Part shown: positions 13,154-27,375 of the stretch, piece by piece
Layout of the letters: every line of letters begins with the position of its first letter
How positions within the stretch are numbered: position 1 is the stretch's first letter
Assembly: GCF_963921235.1 (NCBI RefSeq)
Contig: NC_086100.1
Coordinates: forward strand, 201,564,001-201,628,000
Origin: Mobula hypostoma
Taxonomy: Eukaryota
DNA: 64,000 nt
Direction of reading: 5' to 3'
Notes under the pieces: model-generated
Database searches by the model: none
Seen by the model: only the letters and a program-made list of their open reading frames with translations
What the model was told of the DNA's origin: nothing
Program-made: the position numbers and the translations under genes

Positions 13154-13369
13154 GTACGAATGCTCCCATCCAACTTTCCCTTTATATTTGCCCCATCAGC
13201 TTGTACCTCTTCAGCCTATATACGGCCTCCAAATGGTAGGACTGTCACCCCAGATTATATATACATTATCTTGGAATTTTTTTGTCTAACTGCCTAGAAA
13301 ATAGCTACCAGAACTATACACAATATTCTTCTGTTCACAATACCCTGCTTCTTCTGAAAACCTGTGTCA

Positions 13370-13690
13370 TGAGAGGCAATGACCATGTGGATAGTCAGAG
13401 GCTTTTTCCCAGGGCTGAAATGGTTGCCTCGAGAGGACACAGGTTTAAGATGCTGGGGAGTAGGTACAAAAGAGATGTCAGGGGTAGGTTTTTCACTCAG
13501 AGAGTGGTGAGTGCATGGAATGGGCTGCCTGCGATAGTGGTGGAGATGGATACGATAGAGTCTTTTAAGAGACTTTTAGATAGGTACATGGAGCTTAGTA
13601 AAGTAGAGGGCTATAGGTAAGCCTATAGCCTGGCATAATTCTGTGAGCCGAAGGTCCTGTATTGTGCTGTAGGTTTTCTATGTTTCTATG
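13370..13690 (+). mobile_element. CR1 3' fragment
   Basis: VDSQRLFPR...FFTQRVVSAWNGLP peptide; TTTCTATG tail. Confidence 0.88.
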
Positions 13691-13694
13691 TAGG

Positions 13695-16250
13695 ACCTGG
13701 TCATCACCAATACGGTCTTCTGCCTGGCAAACTGTAACAAAACATCTTGGATGCATCATCGCTCTTAGTGCTGGCATCTGATTGGCTACGTCATCACCAG
13801 GAGATATGAATGACACGATGTCAGAGTGACCAAAGCCTTGAGTGGTGCAGACTGCTGGACAGACTACCCTCTGATCGTTTCCAAACTTAATGTCCACATC
13901 CAACCCAAACAAAGTCCACAAGCAAGGAAATTTGCCAAGCTACTGGTTCATACAGACCACCTGGTTCATAGCTCCCAGTCACAAGTCGCCAGTGTTCATC
14001 TTGGAGGGCATATTGAAGAAGACTGGACTGTTTTCAGAGATCGTGTTCAGTCTGCCTCCTTCGAGATCCTTGGCCATACAACAAGAAAGAGCCAAGACTG
14101 GTTAGACGAGAATGATAAAAGCTCTCCTACAGGAAAAGCACAGGTACACGGAGCCTATCAGAATGATCCCGCCTGAATCTCCAAGAAGAAAGCATTTGCC
14201 AATACGGGCAGATTAGTACAAGCCAAACTCAGAAAGACGCAAGAGTGTTTGTTTTGCATAAAGAGCTGACGAGATTCAGGGCTATGTTGATAGACATGAC
14301 TCAGAGAGCTTCTTTGATGCATGGCTCTCAGCCTTCTGGGACCTCGCCGCTCCTAAGCACAGATGGCACCACACTCATCACTGAGTAGGCCAAGATTCTG
14401 GACAGATGGCAGAGCATTTTGAATCTGTGCTGAACAGACCACCCTCCATAAACAAGGAAGCAATAAATCGTCTCGATCAAGTAGATGTCAACCATGAGGT
14501 GGACTCTCTTCCCCAGGGAGAGGAAGTCAAGAAAGTAATAGGCCAGCTGTCAAGTGGCAAGGCTCCTGGAGCAGATGCTACATCAGCGGAGGTTTACAAA
14601 ACAGGTGGTTCACTCATCACCAGCAAACCGACAGAGCTCCTCCAATCCTTCTTGAAGAAGGCTCAGATACCATAAGAAATGAAGGACGCATCCATTGTAC
14701 AAGAGGAAGGGAAACCGCCAAGCATGTAACCACCACAGAGACATCTCTTTGCTCTCAGTAGCTGGGAAAATCTTAGCTTGAGTCCTGCTAAACAGACTAA
14801 ATGCTCATCTGGAATGAGATCATCTCCCAGAAAGTCAGTGCAGCTTAAGGAAAGAAGAGGAACTATTCTTAGAATCTTTTCTATGAGACAACTCCAGGAA
14901 AAACACCAAGAGTAGAATAGACAGCTCGACACCACCATTGTTAATCTTACCAAGGCCTTTGACACCATGAGTCAAGAGGGATTATGGAATACGGCGAAGT
15001 TTGGTTGCCCTGGCAGATTCATCACCAGGGTTAAGCAGTTTCATGACAGGATGTCAGCCCGCATGCCCGATCAGGATGACTGTTCTGTTGCTTTCTCAGT
15101 CACAAATGGGGTCAAGCAGGAATGAGTGCTGGTGCTCTTCAGCATGATGTTCAGTGCAATGTTGACTAATGCATTCCCGGGCAGTATCCTGGAATGCACT
15201 TCACATACAGGATGGATGATAAGCTGTTCAACCTGTGCAGATTTCAAGTTGTTACTAACGTCAAAGAGATGGTGCTGAGAGACTTCCTATTTGCTGACAA
15301 CTGCACTCTCAGTGCAAGATCTGAGTCCGATGTGCATGACATCATCGACAAATTTTCCATTGCATGTGGCAACTTCAGTCTCACCATCAGCACAAAGAAG
15401 ACAGAAGTCATACACCAAGCAGCCCCAGATAAACTCTATGTGGAGGCATCCATCTCTATGAATGTCCAGCAGCTCCAGGCAGTTGTAAAGTAGCACACTC
15501 TCAAGAGCAGGTCATATTGACGACGAGGTCAGCTGTAGGATCGCTAAGGCTAGTGCTAACTTTTGAGAGACTACATGACGTTGTCTGGGGCAGAAGGGGA
15601 ATTACTCTGAAGACCAGGTTGAAAATCTACCACACTGTCATCCTACCCCGCTCCTCTACACATGCGAAACATGGACTGTGTACATGAGACACACATGTAG
15701 ACTGAACCACTTCCACTTGTCATGCCTACGGAAGATCATGAAACTAATTGGCACGACAGAATTCCTGACACGGCAGCAGACATGCCCATTATCCACACAT
15801 TGCTGACGAAACATCAAGGTGGATGGACAGGCCACGTTGTCAGGATGTCAGACAATCGCATCTCACAGCTGTTCGTCAGGGAACTGTCCACAGGAAGCAC
15901 TCTTGTGCTAGTTATCACAAAATATTCAAGGACATGCTCAAGACTTTGCTCAAGCCCCTTGAGATGGATCACACTTCATGGGAATATACATCCTTGAGTC
16001 ACTCATCCTAGAGCAGCTTTCTCAATAAAAGTGCCACCAAAGCTGAAAAGAATCACAATGCTAAAGCAAAAGGAAAATGACAAAAGTAGAAAGAACAAGA
16101 AGCAGCCACCTCAACTACAGAACCTTCGCACGCTTGCCCCATGTATGGGAGGTAGACTGGACTCATCAGTCACCTCCGCACACACAAATGAGAAACACAC
16201 CCACCCAAGGATGGCAGTGGTCTTCATCCCTCGAGATGGACATGCACACA
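13695..16250 (+). mobile_element. Old RTE-clade (BovB-like) LINE, heavily decayed
   Basis: ADCWTD, KAPGAD..EVYKTGG, DLTKAFDT, DFLFADNC and WHDRIPD motifs across broken ORFs. Confidence 0.8.
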
Positions 16251-16929
16251 CACTATTCAGTATTTTTAACTACGGTTTAACAAATATTTTGTAAAGCAAC
16301 AACTTGATCTCCCAATTCTTATACTCAGTGTCTTAGCACATTTTCATGTATACACCCTAAACCTCAACAACACACACAAAATGCTAGAGGAACTCAGCAG
16401 ACTGTGATTGTACTAAACCGCAGTCTTGTTTGTGGTAGTAAATTGTGTCTTCCTCAGTACCATATCTTTATGTATCACCACTATGGATTTGCGCCTCAGG
16501 TCTCTGCATATAGGGTGTATATGGTAAGCCAATTGTACCTTACATAGAAACAGAAAACCTACAGCACAATACAGGCCCTTCGGCCCACAAAGTTGTGCTG
16601 AACATGTCCCTACCTTAGAAATTACTAGTCTTACCGATAGCCCTCTATTTTTCTATGTCCTAATAGAATTTGACCTCCCAAAATATATTACCACACATGT
16701 ATTTAGATTGATCTAAATTCCACTATGTCCTTGGATAACCTTCTTCAGTATCTGCAATTCCACTATTTTTACTCTTGCCTTAAATCTACATACTGAGGTT
16801 TTTATGTGGTTTTTACATACTCCTTTTCAGTTTGCATTTTCACATTCATACAAAGCAGTAGCAGGTGCTGTGGCCACCCATGTGTATGGCAGTGATCAAG
16901 GGGACTCCTCAGTATCCCATTTACCAAAA

Positions 16930-19270
16930 CTTGGTCCACACACTAATATGACTTGATGTTTTGCATGCTCATCTAAATACTTTTGAAAAATGGTAAAATA
17001 CCTACCTCTATCACCTTCTCAACCAGTCGATTCCTGGTGGCAACTCACCTCAGAGTGAAAACAAAATCCTCTGACCCCCCCCCCCACTAACCTTGTTAGC
17101 CTCCAGCTTAAAGCTCTTCCATCACAAATAAATGTTTCTCATTTTCCATCCTATCTATACACCTCATAATTTTATATATCACTGTCAGGTTCTCCCTCAG
17201 CTACCATCTCTCCAAGCAAAAGAAATCCACCCAATGCAGTCCTTCAGTTTATAACAGAAATGTTTTATCCATGTCAATGTCCTGTCAAATCTCCTCTCCT
17301 CTCCCCCCAATGCAATCTTGTCTTTCATAAGGTGTGGTGACCAGAAATACCTATCAGTGGTTTAACCCATGTTTTATAAAGTCACAGAGTCATAAGGCAC
17401 AAGTCGGCCCTTGGCCCTTGGGCACATCTGCTCAAACATTCCCATCTAAGCTAGTCCCCTCTCACCTTAAGCCTGTGCCCACTAGTTCATGATCCCCAAC
17501 ACTAGAAAAAAGACTATGTGCATTCATGCTTTCTATGTCCCTCACAATCTTATAAACCTCAATAAGATCATCCCTCATTCTCCTACACTGCAATGAAAGA
17601 GCCCCAACCTGCTCAAACTCCCTCCACAACTCAGTCCATCAAGTCCTGACAGCATCCTCATAAATCTTCTCTGCATTCCTTCTAGCTTAATGGCATATTG
17701 TCTACACTAGGGTGACCAAAACTTAACACAATATTCCAAGGGCAGCCTGACTAATATCTTCTACAAATGTAATATAACATCCCATCTTCAACACTCATTG
17801 AATGTCCTACCCTCTCAGTTCTATAACAATCCTCAGGGCCCTGTCGGTCACAGTGAACATCGTACCCTCTCTGTTCTATAATGATCCTCAGGGCCCTGTC
17901 GGTCACAGTGAACATCATACCCTCTCTGTTCTGTAATGATCGTCAGGGCCCTGTCATTCACTGTGAATGTCCTATCCTCTCTGTTGTATAATGATCATCA
18001 GGGCCCTGTCGTTCAGAGTGAACATCGTACCCTCTCTGTTCTATAATGATCCTCAGGGCCCTGTCTTTCACAGTGAACATTGTACCCTCTCTGTTGTATA
18101 ATGATCCTCAGTGCCCTGTCGGTCACTGTGAACATCCTACCCTCTCTGTTCGGTAATGATCGTCAGGGTCCTGTCGGTCACTGTGAACATCATACCCTCT
18201 CTGTTCTATAATGATCGTCAGGGCCCTGTCATTCACTGTGAATGTCCTACCCTCTCTGTTCTATAACATTCCCCAGGGCCCTACTGTTCACTGTGAACAT
18301 CCTACCCTCTTTGTTCTATCATACTCCCCAGGGCCCTGCCATTTACTGCGAGCGTCCTACCCTCATTTGTCTTCGCAGAATGTAACACTGGCCCATCCAA
18401 ATTAAACTCATTTCCAACCCTCAGCCTGCAGATCAAGATTCCTCTGATAACTATCTTCATTGTCAGTGCCACCACCTATTTTAGTGTAATTTGCAGAACT
18501 TACTAACCATGTCTTATATAGTCTTTTCCAAATCATTGAAATAGATGAGAGAGCAATGGGCCTAACTTGGGGCCCTGGGGACCACAGTTTATAACAGGCC
18601 TCCAGTCCAAAAACTAACTTTCCACCATCACCCTCTGCTTCCTTCCATCAAATCTGTATCCAATTACCTCAGTCATAGGATAACATGCAACCTAACTCTC
18701 CATAGGCCTTTTCAAAGTCCATATAATCTATACCTACCACATTGCTCTCAACATTCTTGGGTACTTCTTCAAAAGTAACACTCAGATTCATGGGACCTTA
18801 TCTCCCATGTGCTAAGCCATGCTGACTATCCTTAATTAGGCCTGTCTTTTCAGCCCTTCATAAATAAAGGTACAATACTCCCTCTCCAGTTTTCTTTCCT
18901 TCAATTGTTACTAATGATGCTACATATATCTCAGACAAAACAGAGACTACAGATACTGGGTGTATCTCAGCCAGGACTCCAACAATTTCTTCTGTAGCTT
19001 CCCACAGAGTTCTTGAATATATCTGATTAGCTGCTTGAGATATATCTACCTTCATTCAATTTAAACCATCCAGTATCTCTTCAGTGGTAATGCAGACTAT
19101 CCCATAAGATTCATGTTAACTGTTTCAAGTTCCGAAGTCTTCAAGTCTTCATGGTTAAAGCAGGAGAAATTCTCATTAAGCACCTCGCCCATTTCCTGTT
19201 GCTCCACACAAAGATGTCTCCTTTGGTCTCTGAGTCTCTGAGAGGTCCTGTTCTCTCACTAGTTGACCAT
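16930..19270 (-). mobile_element. Old CR1 remnants
   Basis: Patchy reverse-complement similarity to the CR1 ORF2 and 3' end seen elsewhere in the window. Confidence 0.65.
17798..18364. repeat. 55-bp minisatellite, about 10 copies
   Basis: cagggccctg anchor recurs every 55 bp from 17834 to 18329. Confidence 0.95.
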
Positions 19271-19280
19271 TTTCTCAATA

Positions 19281-20700
19281 TAAGACAATAAGATACAGGA
19301 GCAGAAGTAGGTCATTCGGCCCATCGAGTCTGTTCTGCCCTCAATCATGGCTGATCCAATTCTTTCAGTCATCCCAACTCCCCTGCCTTCTCCCCATACT
19401 TTTTGATGCCCTGGCTAATCAAGAACCTATCTATCTCTGCCTTAAATGCACCCAGTGACTTGGCCTCCACAGCTGCTTGTGGCAACAAATTCCATAGATT
19501 TACCACCCACTGACCAAAGTAATTTCTGCGCATCTCTGTTCTAAATGGACGACCTTCAATCCTGAAGTTGTGCCCTCTTGTTCTAGAAACCCCTACCATG
19601 GGAAATAACTTTGCCATACCTAATCTGTTCAGGCCTTTCAACATTCGGAATATTTCTATGAGATCCCCCCTTATTCTCCTCTGCTCCAGGGAATATAACC
19701 CAGACGTTCCTCATACGGTAACCCTTTCATTCCTAAATCATTCTCATGAATCTTCTCTGAACCCTTTCCAATTTCAGTATATCTTTTCTAAAATAAGGAG
19801 CCCAAAACTGCACACAGTACTCCAAGTGTGGTTTAACGAGTGCCTTATAGAGCCTCAACATCACATTCCTGCTCTTATATTCTATACTCTAGAAATGAAT
19901 GCCAACATTGGTGGCCTTCTTCACCACTGACTCAACCTGGAGATTAACCTTTAGAGTATCCTGCACAGGACTCCCAAGTCTCTTTGCACCTCTGCATTTT
20001 GAATTCTTTCTCCCATCTTAATAATAGTCTGCCCATTTATTTCTTCCACCAAAGTGCACGACTATACACTTTCCAACATTGTATTTTATTTGCTGCTTCT
20101 TTGCCCATTCCCCTAAACTATCTAAGTCTCTCTGCAGGCTCTCTGTTTCCTCAACTCTACCCGCTCCTCCACCTATCTTTGTATCATCAGCAAATTTAGC
20201 CACAAATCCATTAATCCCATAGTCCAAATCATTGACATACTTTGTAAAAAGCAGCGGTCCCAACACCGACCCCTGTGGAACTCCACTGGTAATTGGCAGC
20301 CAGACAGAATAGGATCCCTTTATTCCCACTCTCTGTTTTCTGCCGATCAACCAATCCTCCAACCATGCTAGTCACTTCCATGTAATTCCATGGGCTCTTA
20401 TCTTGCTAAGCAGCCTCCTGTGCAGCACTTTGTCAAAGATCTTCTGAAAATCCAAGTACGCCATGTCGACTGCATCTCCTTTGTCTACCCTGCTTGTAAT
20501 TTCCTCAAAAAATTGCAGTAGGTTAGTCAGGCAGGATTTTCCTTTCAGGAAACCATGCTGGCTTTGACCTATCTTGTCATGTGCCTCCAGGTAATCCGTA
20601 ATCTTATCCCTAACTATCAATTCCAACAACTTTCCAACCACTGATGTTAGGCTAACAAATCTATAGTTTCCTTTTTGCTGCCTCCCACCCTTCTTAAATA
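19281..20700 (-). mobile_element. CR1 RT plus 3' end
   Basis: QHGFLKGKSCLTNL, GVPQGSVLGP, KFADDTKIGG, WNLLP peptides on minus strand; CR1 3' UTR. Confidence 0.92.
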
Positions 20701-21925
20701 TACTTCTAAAATCTCTTTAGATTTTATGTCATCTCTGCCAAAGCTATTTCATGAGGCCCCCCCCCGCCCATCTGATTTCTTTCTTGAATGCAATCCTGCA
20801 ATCCCTGTATTCCCCAAGGATTCACTTAATCTCTGTTGCCTGTACCTGACCCATATGTCCTCATTCCTAACCAGAGCCAAGGAATATCCAGTGTTCCCTA
20901 CCCCTGCCTAAAACCATCAAAATTTGTCTTAGCAACACATACAAAATGCTTGAGGAACTCAGCAGGCCAGGCAGCATCTGTGGAAAACAGTAAATAGTTG
21001 CTGTTTTGGTCTAAGACCTTTCATCAGGACTGCCTTACCCAAGTTCAGAACTTTTTCTTGTAGACCAGGTCCATTCTTTTCGATAACTAATTTAAAACTA
21101 ATAGAACTATGGTCACTGGTCCCAATGTACTCCCCCACTGATGCTTCGGGGTTCTACCATTCATGGTTCATGTCCTTTTCATATAATAATCCATCAGCTC
21201 GGACTTCTTTGGAATTAAATTTCATTTGCCATTGCTCTGCTCAGTTTACCATCTGTAACCTAATAATGTCCTCATTATCAACAACATAAGCAGTTTTTGT
21301 GATATCTGTAAACTGACTAATCGTATGTGCACATTCATATCCTGACTGTTCATGAAAAACTTTACCAGTCACACCTCCAATCCCTGTGGTACACCACTGT
21401 GATCACAGACTCCAATAACATCAGCAACCTTCTGCCTCCTCTGACCAAGGCCACATGGGTTCCACTCAGCAACCTGCTTAAATCCCATGGAGTCTAAACT
21501 TTTAGATCAGACTTCTATGTGGAACCTATATGAAGACTTTACTGGTCCATGTAGATCTGTGTGACCACCCTATGTATTGACAAAACTTATGCAGTTCCAA
21601 ATCAGCAGTTTTTGTGATTTATCATCTGTATTTACCATCTATTCGACTGTTAACCAACACAAATTAATTAATGAGCTTAAATAGTCTGTGGCTTTTCACT
21701 TTATTTCCCCTCCTCTACCCACCACCTTCTCCCTCATCTGGCCTTGCCTATTACCTGTCATGTTGTACTCCATCCTTCCCCTGCCCTCCCCCCATCTTCT
21801 TATTTTGGCTTCCCAACTCCCTCCTTCCTTTCCAGTCCTGATAAAGAGTTTTGTCCCAAAATGTTGACTGTTTATTCCCCTCCATAGATGCTGCCTGACC
21901 TGCTGTTCCTCCAGTATTTTGTGGA

Positions 21926-22300
21926 GGTTTCCAACAGATTTGGAAACTTCCCCTTAAGGAAACCATACTGACTTTGGCCTATTTTATCATGTTTTTCCAA
22001 GTACCTCAAAACCTCATCCTTAGTAATGAACTTCAACATCTTCCCCATCACTGAGGTCAAGCTAACTGGTCCATAATATCCTGCCTTTTGCCCTTCTCCC
22101 TTCTTAAAGATTGGAATGACATTTATCATTTTCCAGTCCTCCAGAACTATTCCAGAACCTAGTGATTCCTGAAAGATTACTCTTAATGCCTCCACAATCT
22201 CTTCAGCTACCTCTTTCTGAACCCTGGGATGTAGTCCATTCAGTCCAGGTGACTTATCTACGTTTAGACCTTTTAGCTTCCCAAACAACTCCTCCTTCTA
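21926..22300 (-). mobile_element. CR1 ORF2 fragment, preceded by a decayed Penelope 3' fragment (about 21760-21925, +)
   Basis: KSPGLNGLHPRV...PVSLTSV peptide; degenerate hammerhead-region sequence at 21833-21870. Confidence 0.8.
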
Positions 22301-22955
22301 CTCACATCTGCTCCTGACTTTCTTTTTGAATAGTGTGACAATACTAGCTACCCTCCAGTTTTCTGTACCTCGGGATGCGTGACCAACAAAGATGCAAAAA
22401 TCTTGGCTGGAACCTAAGCAATCTACTCCTTTGTTTCCCTTGGTGTCCTGGGGTAGATCTAGTCAGGCCCTGGGATATATCCAGCCTGATGTGCACCAAT
22501 ATTTCATTTACATCCTCCTTCCTGATGCAGACATGCTCCAGTATATCCGTGTCTCTTCCCTTAACTCTCCAGCCTCCACACTCCTCGTCCTGGTGAATTT
22601 AACTGCACTGCTTATACACTAAACCATCACACTTGTGCAAGATGTTTTGAGCTGATCACTTCATTATGTTTCTTGTCCTTTATCCTGCCTCTATTATATG
22701 TCTGATTTTCAAATATCTATCCATGGTTATCGATGCTTCCCGTAGTATTTGATGAAAAGTGTGTGCCAATTACAGGGATGCCATTGTGTTTCTTTGTTTT
22801 GTGGCTGCCAACAAGAAGACAAATCTCAAGGTTCCTTAAACTGTATACATACTTTGATAATATACTGTATGTACTTTAATTATTAATCTTATATTTCAAT
22901 ATATTGTAACTTTAATGTTATCTTTGCTATTCACCTCATTTTCTTTTCACTGCAG

Positions 22956-23000
22956 TGAACTTTGGAAATGGCACGTCTTTCAGATCAATCAGTAAACTAG
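22956..23000 (+). CDS. Host gene exon C (45 nt, phase 1-1): VNFGNGTSFRSISKL
   Basis: Strong acceptor cctcattttcttttcactgcag, donor TAG|gtaagg; contains an NGT N-glycosylation sequon. Confidence 0.8.
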
Positions 23001-23017
23001 GTAAGGTTCAGATACAC

Positions 23018-23408
23018 AAACATGAGAAAATCTGCAGATGCTGGAAATTCAAGCAACACACACAAAATGCTGGTGAACACAGCAGGCCAGGCAGCATCTA
23101 TAGGAAGGGGTACAGTCAACGTTTCAGGCCGAGACCCTTCGTCAGGACTGACTGAAAGAAGAGTTAGTACGAGATTTGAAGGGGGGAGGGGGAGGGGGAG
23201 AACCAAAATGATAGAAGAAGACAGGAGGGGGAGGGATGGAGCCAAGAGCTGGACAGGTGATTGGCAAAAGGGATATGAGGCTGGAGAAGGGGGAGAATCA
23301 TGGGATGGGATGCCTAGGGAGAAAGAAAGGAGGAGGGGAGCCCAGAGGAAGATGGAGAGCAGGCAAGGAGTAATTGTGAGAGGGACAGAGAGAGAGAAAA
23401 AAAAGAGG
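23018..23408 (-). mobile_element. Penelope 3' fragment with intact hammerhead (23113-23150)
   Basis: Close match to 8451-8780; minus strand cagtc-CTGACGA-agggtctcggcct-GAAA-cGTT-gactg. Confidence 0.88.
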
Positions 23409-23419
23409 AGAGCAATCAA

Positions 23420-24860
23420 TAGTGAGCAGTGTGCCGCAAGGGTCGGTGCTGGGCCTGCATCTGTTCACAATATACATTAATGATCTGGAAGAGGGCAGTG
23501 AGTCTAGTGTACCTAAGTTTGCTGATTATACTAAATTGAGTGGAAAAACAAATTGTGCAGGAGATATGGAGAATCTACTGATAGATATAGGTAGGTTAAG
23601 TGAATGGGCAAGGGTCTGGCAGATGGAGTACAATGTTGGTAAATGCAAGGTCACCCACTTTGGAAGGAAAAATGGAAGAGCAGATTATTATTTAAATGGT
23701 AAAAAATTGCGGCATGCTGCTGTGCAGGGGGACTTGGGAGTGCTTGTACATGAATCACAAAAGGTTGGTTTGCAGGTACAACAGGCTATCAAGAAGAAAA
23801 TGGAATGTTGGCTTTCATTGCCAGAGGGATTGAATTTAAGAGCAGGGAGGTCATGATGCAACTATACAGGGTACTGGTGAGGCTGCACCTGGAGTTCTGG
23901 TCTCCATACTCAAGGAAGGATATACTGGCTTTGGAGGCAGTGCAGAGGAAGTCCGCCAGATTGATTCCAGAGAGGAGGGGCTTGGACTATGAGGAGAGAT
24001 TGAGTTGCCTGGGACTGTACTCGCTGGAATTCAGAAAAATGAGAGGATGTCTTAGAAACACAGAAACCCTACAGCACAATACAGGCCCTTCGTCCCACAA
24101 AGTTGTGCCGAACATGTCCGTACCTTAGAAATTACTAAACTTACCCATAGCCCTCTATTTTTCTAAGCTCCATGTACCTATCCAGGAGTATCTTAAAAAA
24201 CCATATCATATCCGGCTCCACCACCGTTGCCGGCAGCCTATTCCATGCACTCACAACTCTCTGCATAAAAAACTTACCCGACATCTCCTCTGTACCTACT
24301 TCCAAGCATCTTAAACCTGTGCCCTCTCATGTTAGCCATTTCAGCCCTGGGAAAAAAGCCTCTGACAATCCACACGATCAATGCCTCACCTCATCTTATA
24401 CACCTCTATCAGGTCACCTCTCATCCTCCATCACTCCAAGGAGAAAAGGCCGAGAAACATAAAAACATATATATGTTTCTTATAGAAACATATAAAATTA
24501 TGAAAGAGTTCGATAAGATAACGGCAGGAATGTTGTTTCCACTGGTAGGTGAAACTAGAACTAGGGGACATAGCCTCAAGATTCAGGGGATTAGATTTAG
24601 GATGGAGATGAAGAGGAACTGCTTTTCCCAGAGAGTGCTGAATCTGTGGAATTCTCTGCCCAATGAAGTAGTGGAGGCTACCTCAGTAAATATATTTAAG
24701 ACAAGGCTGGATAGATTTTTGCGTAGTAGGGGAATTAAGGGTTATGGGGAAAAGGCAGGTAGGTGGAGATGAGTCTATGGCCAGATCAGCCATGATCGTA
24801 CTGAATGGCGGAGCAGGCTTGACGGGCCGGATGGCCTATTCCTGCTTCTATTATGTTCTT
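23420..24860 (+). mobile_element. CR1 RT/3' end with a nested antisense CR1 3' fragment (about 24054-24455)
   Basis: VPQGSVLG, KFADY, LEAVQR peptides; the reading resumes at LIETYKIM after the insert. Confidence 0.9.
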
Positions 24861-24889
24861 GTACATATTGTATCGAAAGGACAGGCACT

Positions 24890-25680
24890 TGGCAGAAGAA
24901 ATAAACGGACAGACTATTATTTAAATGGGGAGAGATTTCAAAGTTCTGAGATGCAACGGGACTTGGGAGTCCTCATACCGGATACCCTTAAGGTTAACCT
25001 CCAGGCTGAGTCGGTGGTGAAGAAGGCAAATGCAATGTTGGCATTCATTTCTAGAGGAATAGAGTATAGGAGCAGGGATGTGATGTTGAGGCTTTATAAG
25101 GCGCTGGTGAGACCTCACTTGGAGTACTGTGGGCAGTTTTGGGTTCCTTATTTAAGAAAGGATGTGCTGACGTTGGAGAGGGTACAGAGAAGATTCATTA
25201 GAATGATTCTGGGAATGAGAGGGTTAACATATGAGGAACATTTGTCCGCTCTTGGACTGTATTCTTTGGAGTTTAGAAGAAAGAGGGGGGACCTCATAGA
25301 AACATTTCGAATGTTGAAAGGCATGGTCAGAGTGGATGTGGCAAAGTTGTTTCCCATGATGGGGGAGTCTAGTACGAGAGGGCATGACTTCAGGATTGAG
25401 GGGCACCATTCAGAACAGAGATGCGAAGAAATTTTTTTAGCCAGAGGGTGGTGAATCTATGGAATTTGTTGCCACGGGCAGCAGTGGAGGCCAAGTCATT
25501 GGGCATATTTAAGGCAGAGATTGATAGGTATCTGAGTAGCCAGGGCATCAAAGGTTATGGTGAGAAGGCGGGGGAGTGGGACTAAATGGGAGAATGGATC
25601 AACTCATGATAAAATGGCAGAGCAGACTCGATGGGCTGAATGGCCGACTTCTGTTCCTTTGTCTTATGGTCTTACGGTCT
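24890..25680 (+). mobile_element. CR1 3' portion
   Basis: RDLGV, LVRPHLEYC, LERVQRRF peptides and CR1 3' UTR. Confidence 0.9.
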
Positions 25681-26643
25681 TTTATTTTACTTACCACACT
25701 CTTGCCCATTCTCCTGATCTGTCTTAAGTCCTTCTGCAGCTTTCCTGTTTCCTCAACACTACTTTCCCCTCCACAAATCTTTGTATCATTTGCAAACGTG
25801 GCAACATAGCCATCTATTCCATCATGTAACTCAGTGATCTACAGCATAAAAAGAAGTGGTCCCAACATCAACCCCTGTGGTACACCACTAGTCACTGGCA
25901 GCCAATCAGTTAAAGATCCTTGTATTCCCACTCACTACCTCATACCAATCAGCCAATTCTTTAACCACACTAGTAACTTTACTGTAATACCTTCCACTCT
26001 TAACTTGGTAAGCAGCCTCATGTGTGGCTTCTGAAAGTCCAAATATACGACATCCACTGCATCCCCTTTATCTGTCCTACTTATAATCTCCTCAAAGAAT
26101 TCCAACAGGTTCATCAGGCAAGAATTTCCCTTACGGAAACCATGCTGACTTTGTGCTATCTTGTCCTGTGTCACCAAGTACTCCAGAACCTCATCCTTAA
26201 CAATTAACTCCAACATCTTCCCAACCACTGAGGTCAAGCTAACTGGCCTATAATTTCCTTTCTGCTGCCTCTCTCCTTTCTTAAGGAGTGGAGTAACATT
26301 TGGAATTTTCCATTTCTCTGGAGTCCAATGATTCTTGAAGGATTATTACTAATGCCTCCACAATCTCTACCACTACCTCTTTCAGAACACTAAGGTGAAG
26401 TTTATCTGGTGCGGGTGACTTATGTACCTTTCGATCTTCCATTTTTTTGAGCACCTCCTCCCTTGTAATAGTAACTACACTCACTTCTCTTCCCTCACAC
26501 CCTGCAATACCTGGCACACTGCTAGTGTCTTCCACAGTGAAGACTGATGCAAAATACTCATTTAGTTCATCTGCCATCTCCTTGTCCTCCATTATTATTT
26601 CTCCAGCTTCATTTTCTATCAGTCCTATATCCACTCTCACCTC

Positions 26644-27375
26644 AAACACAAAATACTCTGCAGATGCTGGGGTCAAAGCAACAATCACAACACACTGGAG
26701 GAACTCAGCAGGACGGGCAGCATCTGTGGAAACGATCAGTCAACTTTTCGGGCCGGAACCCTTCGTCAGGACTGAAGAGGAGGGGGCAGGGGCCCTATAC
26801 AGAAGGCCCTATATTTGCTTCATCGAGCATCTCTGCTCCGTCCGCCACAACTGACAGGATCTCCCAGTTGCCATCCACTTCAACTCTGCTTCACATTCCC
26901 ATTTGGATATGTCCATACATGGCCTCCTCTACTGCCATGATGAGGCTAAACTCAGGTTGGAGGAGCAACACCTCATATACCGTTTTGGTAGTCACCAGCC
27001 CCTTGGTATGAACATAGAATTATTCAGCTTCCAGTAATTCCCTTCCCCGATCTCTATTGCACTCTGCCACATCCCCCAGCAACCTATCACCTCCCTCATG
27101 GTTCCTCCTCCTTCTACTACCCATTGTGTTTTCCCCTATTCTTTCTTCACCTTCCCTGCTTCCCCTCCCCCACCCCTTTATCTTTCCCCTTACTGGTTTT
27201 TCACCTGGAACCTACCAGCCTTCTCCTTCCCACCCTCCCCCCACCTTCTTTATAGGGCCTCTGCCCCTTCCCTCTTCAGTCCTGACGAAGGGTTCCGGCC
27301 TGAAACGTTGACAGATCGTTTCCACGGATGCTGCCCGACCTGCTGAGTTCCTCCAGCATGTTGTGAGTATTGCCT
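26644..27375 (+). mobile_element. Truncated Penelope element with inverted terminal repeats; hammerheads at 26737-26774 (-) and 27277-27312 (+)
   Basis: About 26675-26807 is an inverted copy of about 27244-27373; middle resembles the GIY-YIG C-terminus; degenerate TSD ccactctcacctc / ccgctctcatctc. Confidence 0.88.

Noticed and set aside
16458..16523. 66-nt segment with AG acceptor and gtaagc donor
   Set aside because: In-frame TAG in the required phase-1 frame; sequence looks like decayed antisense CR1
22956..23000. FGNGT resembles the FGxG motif of antigen-receptor J segments
   Set aside because: No heptamer/nonamer RSS upstream, no TxLxV continuation, and it has an ordinary splice acceptor; better explained as a stalk exon with an NGT sequon
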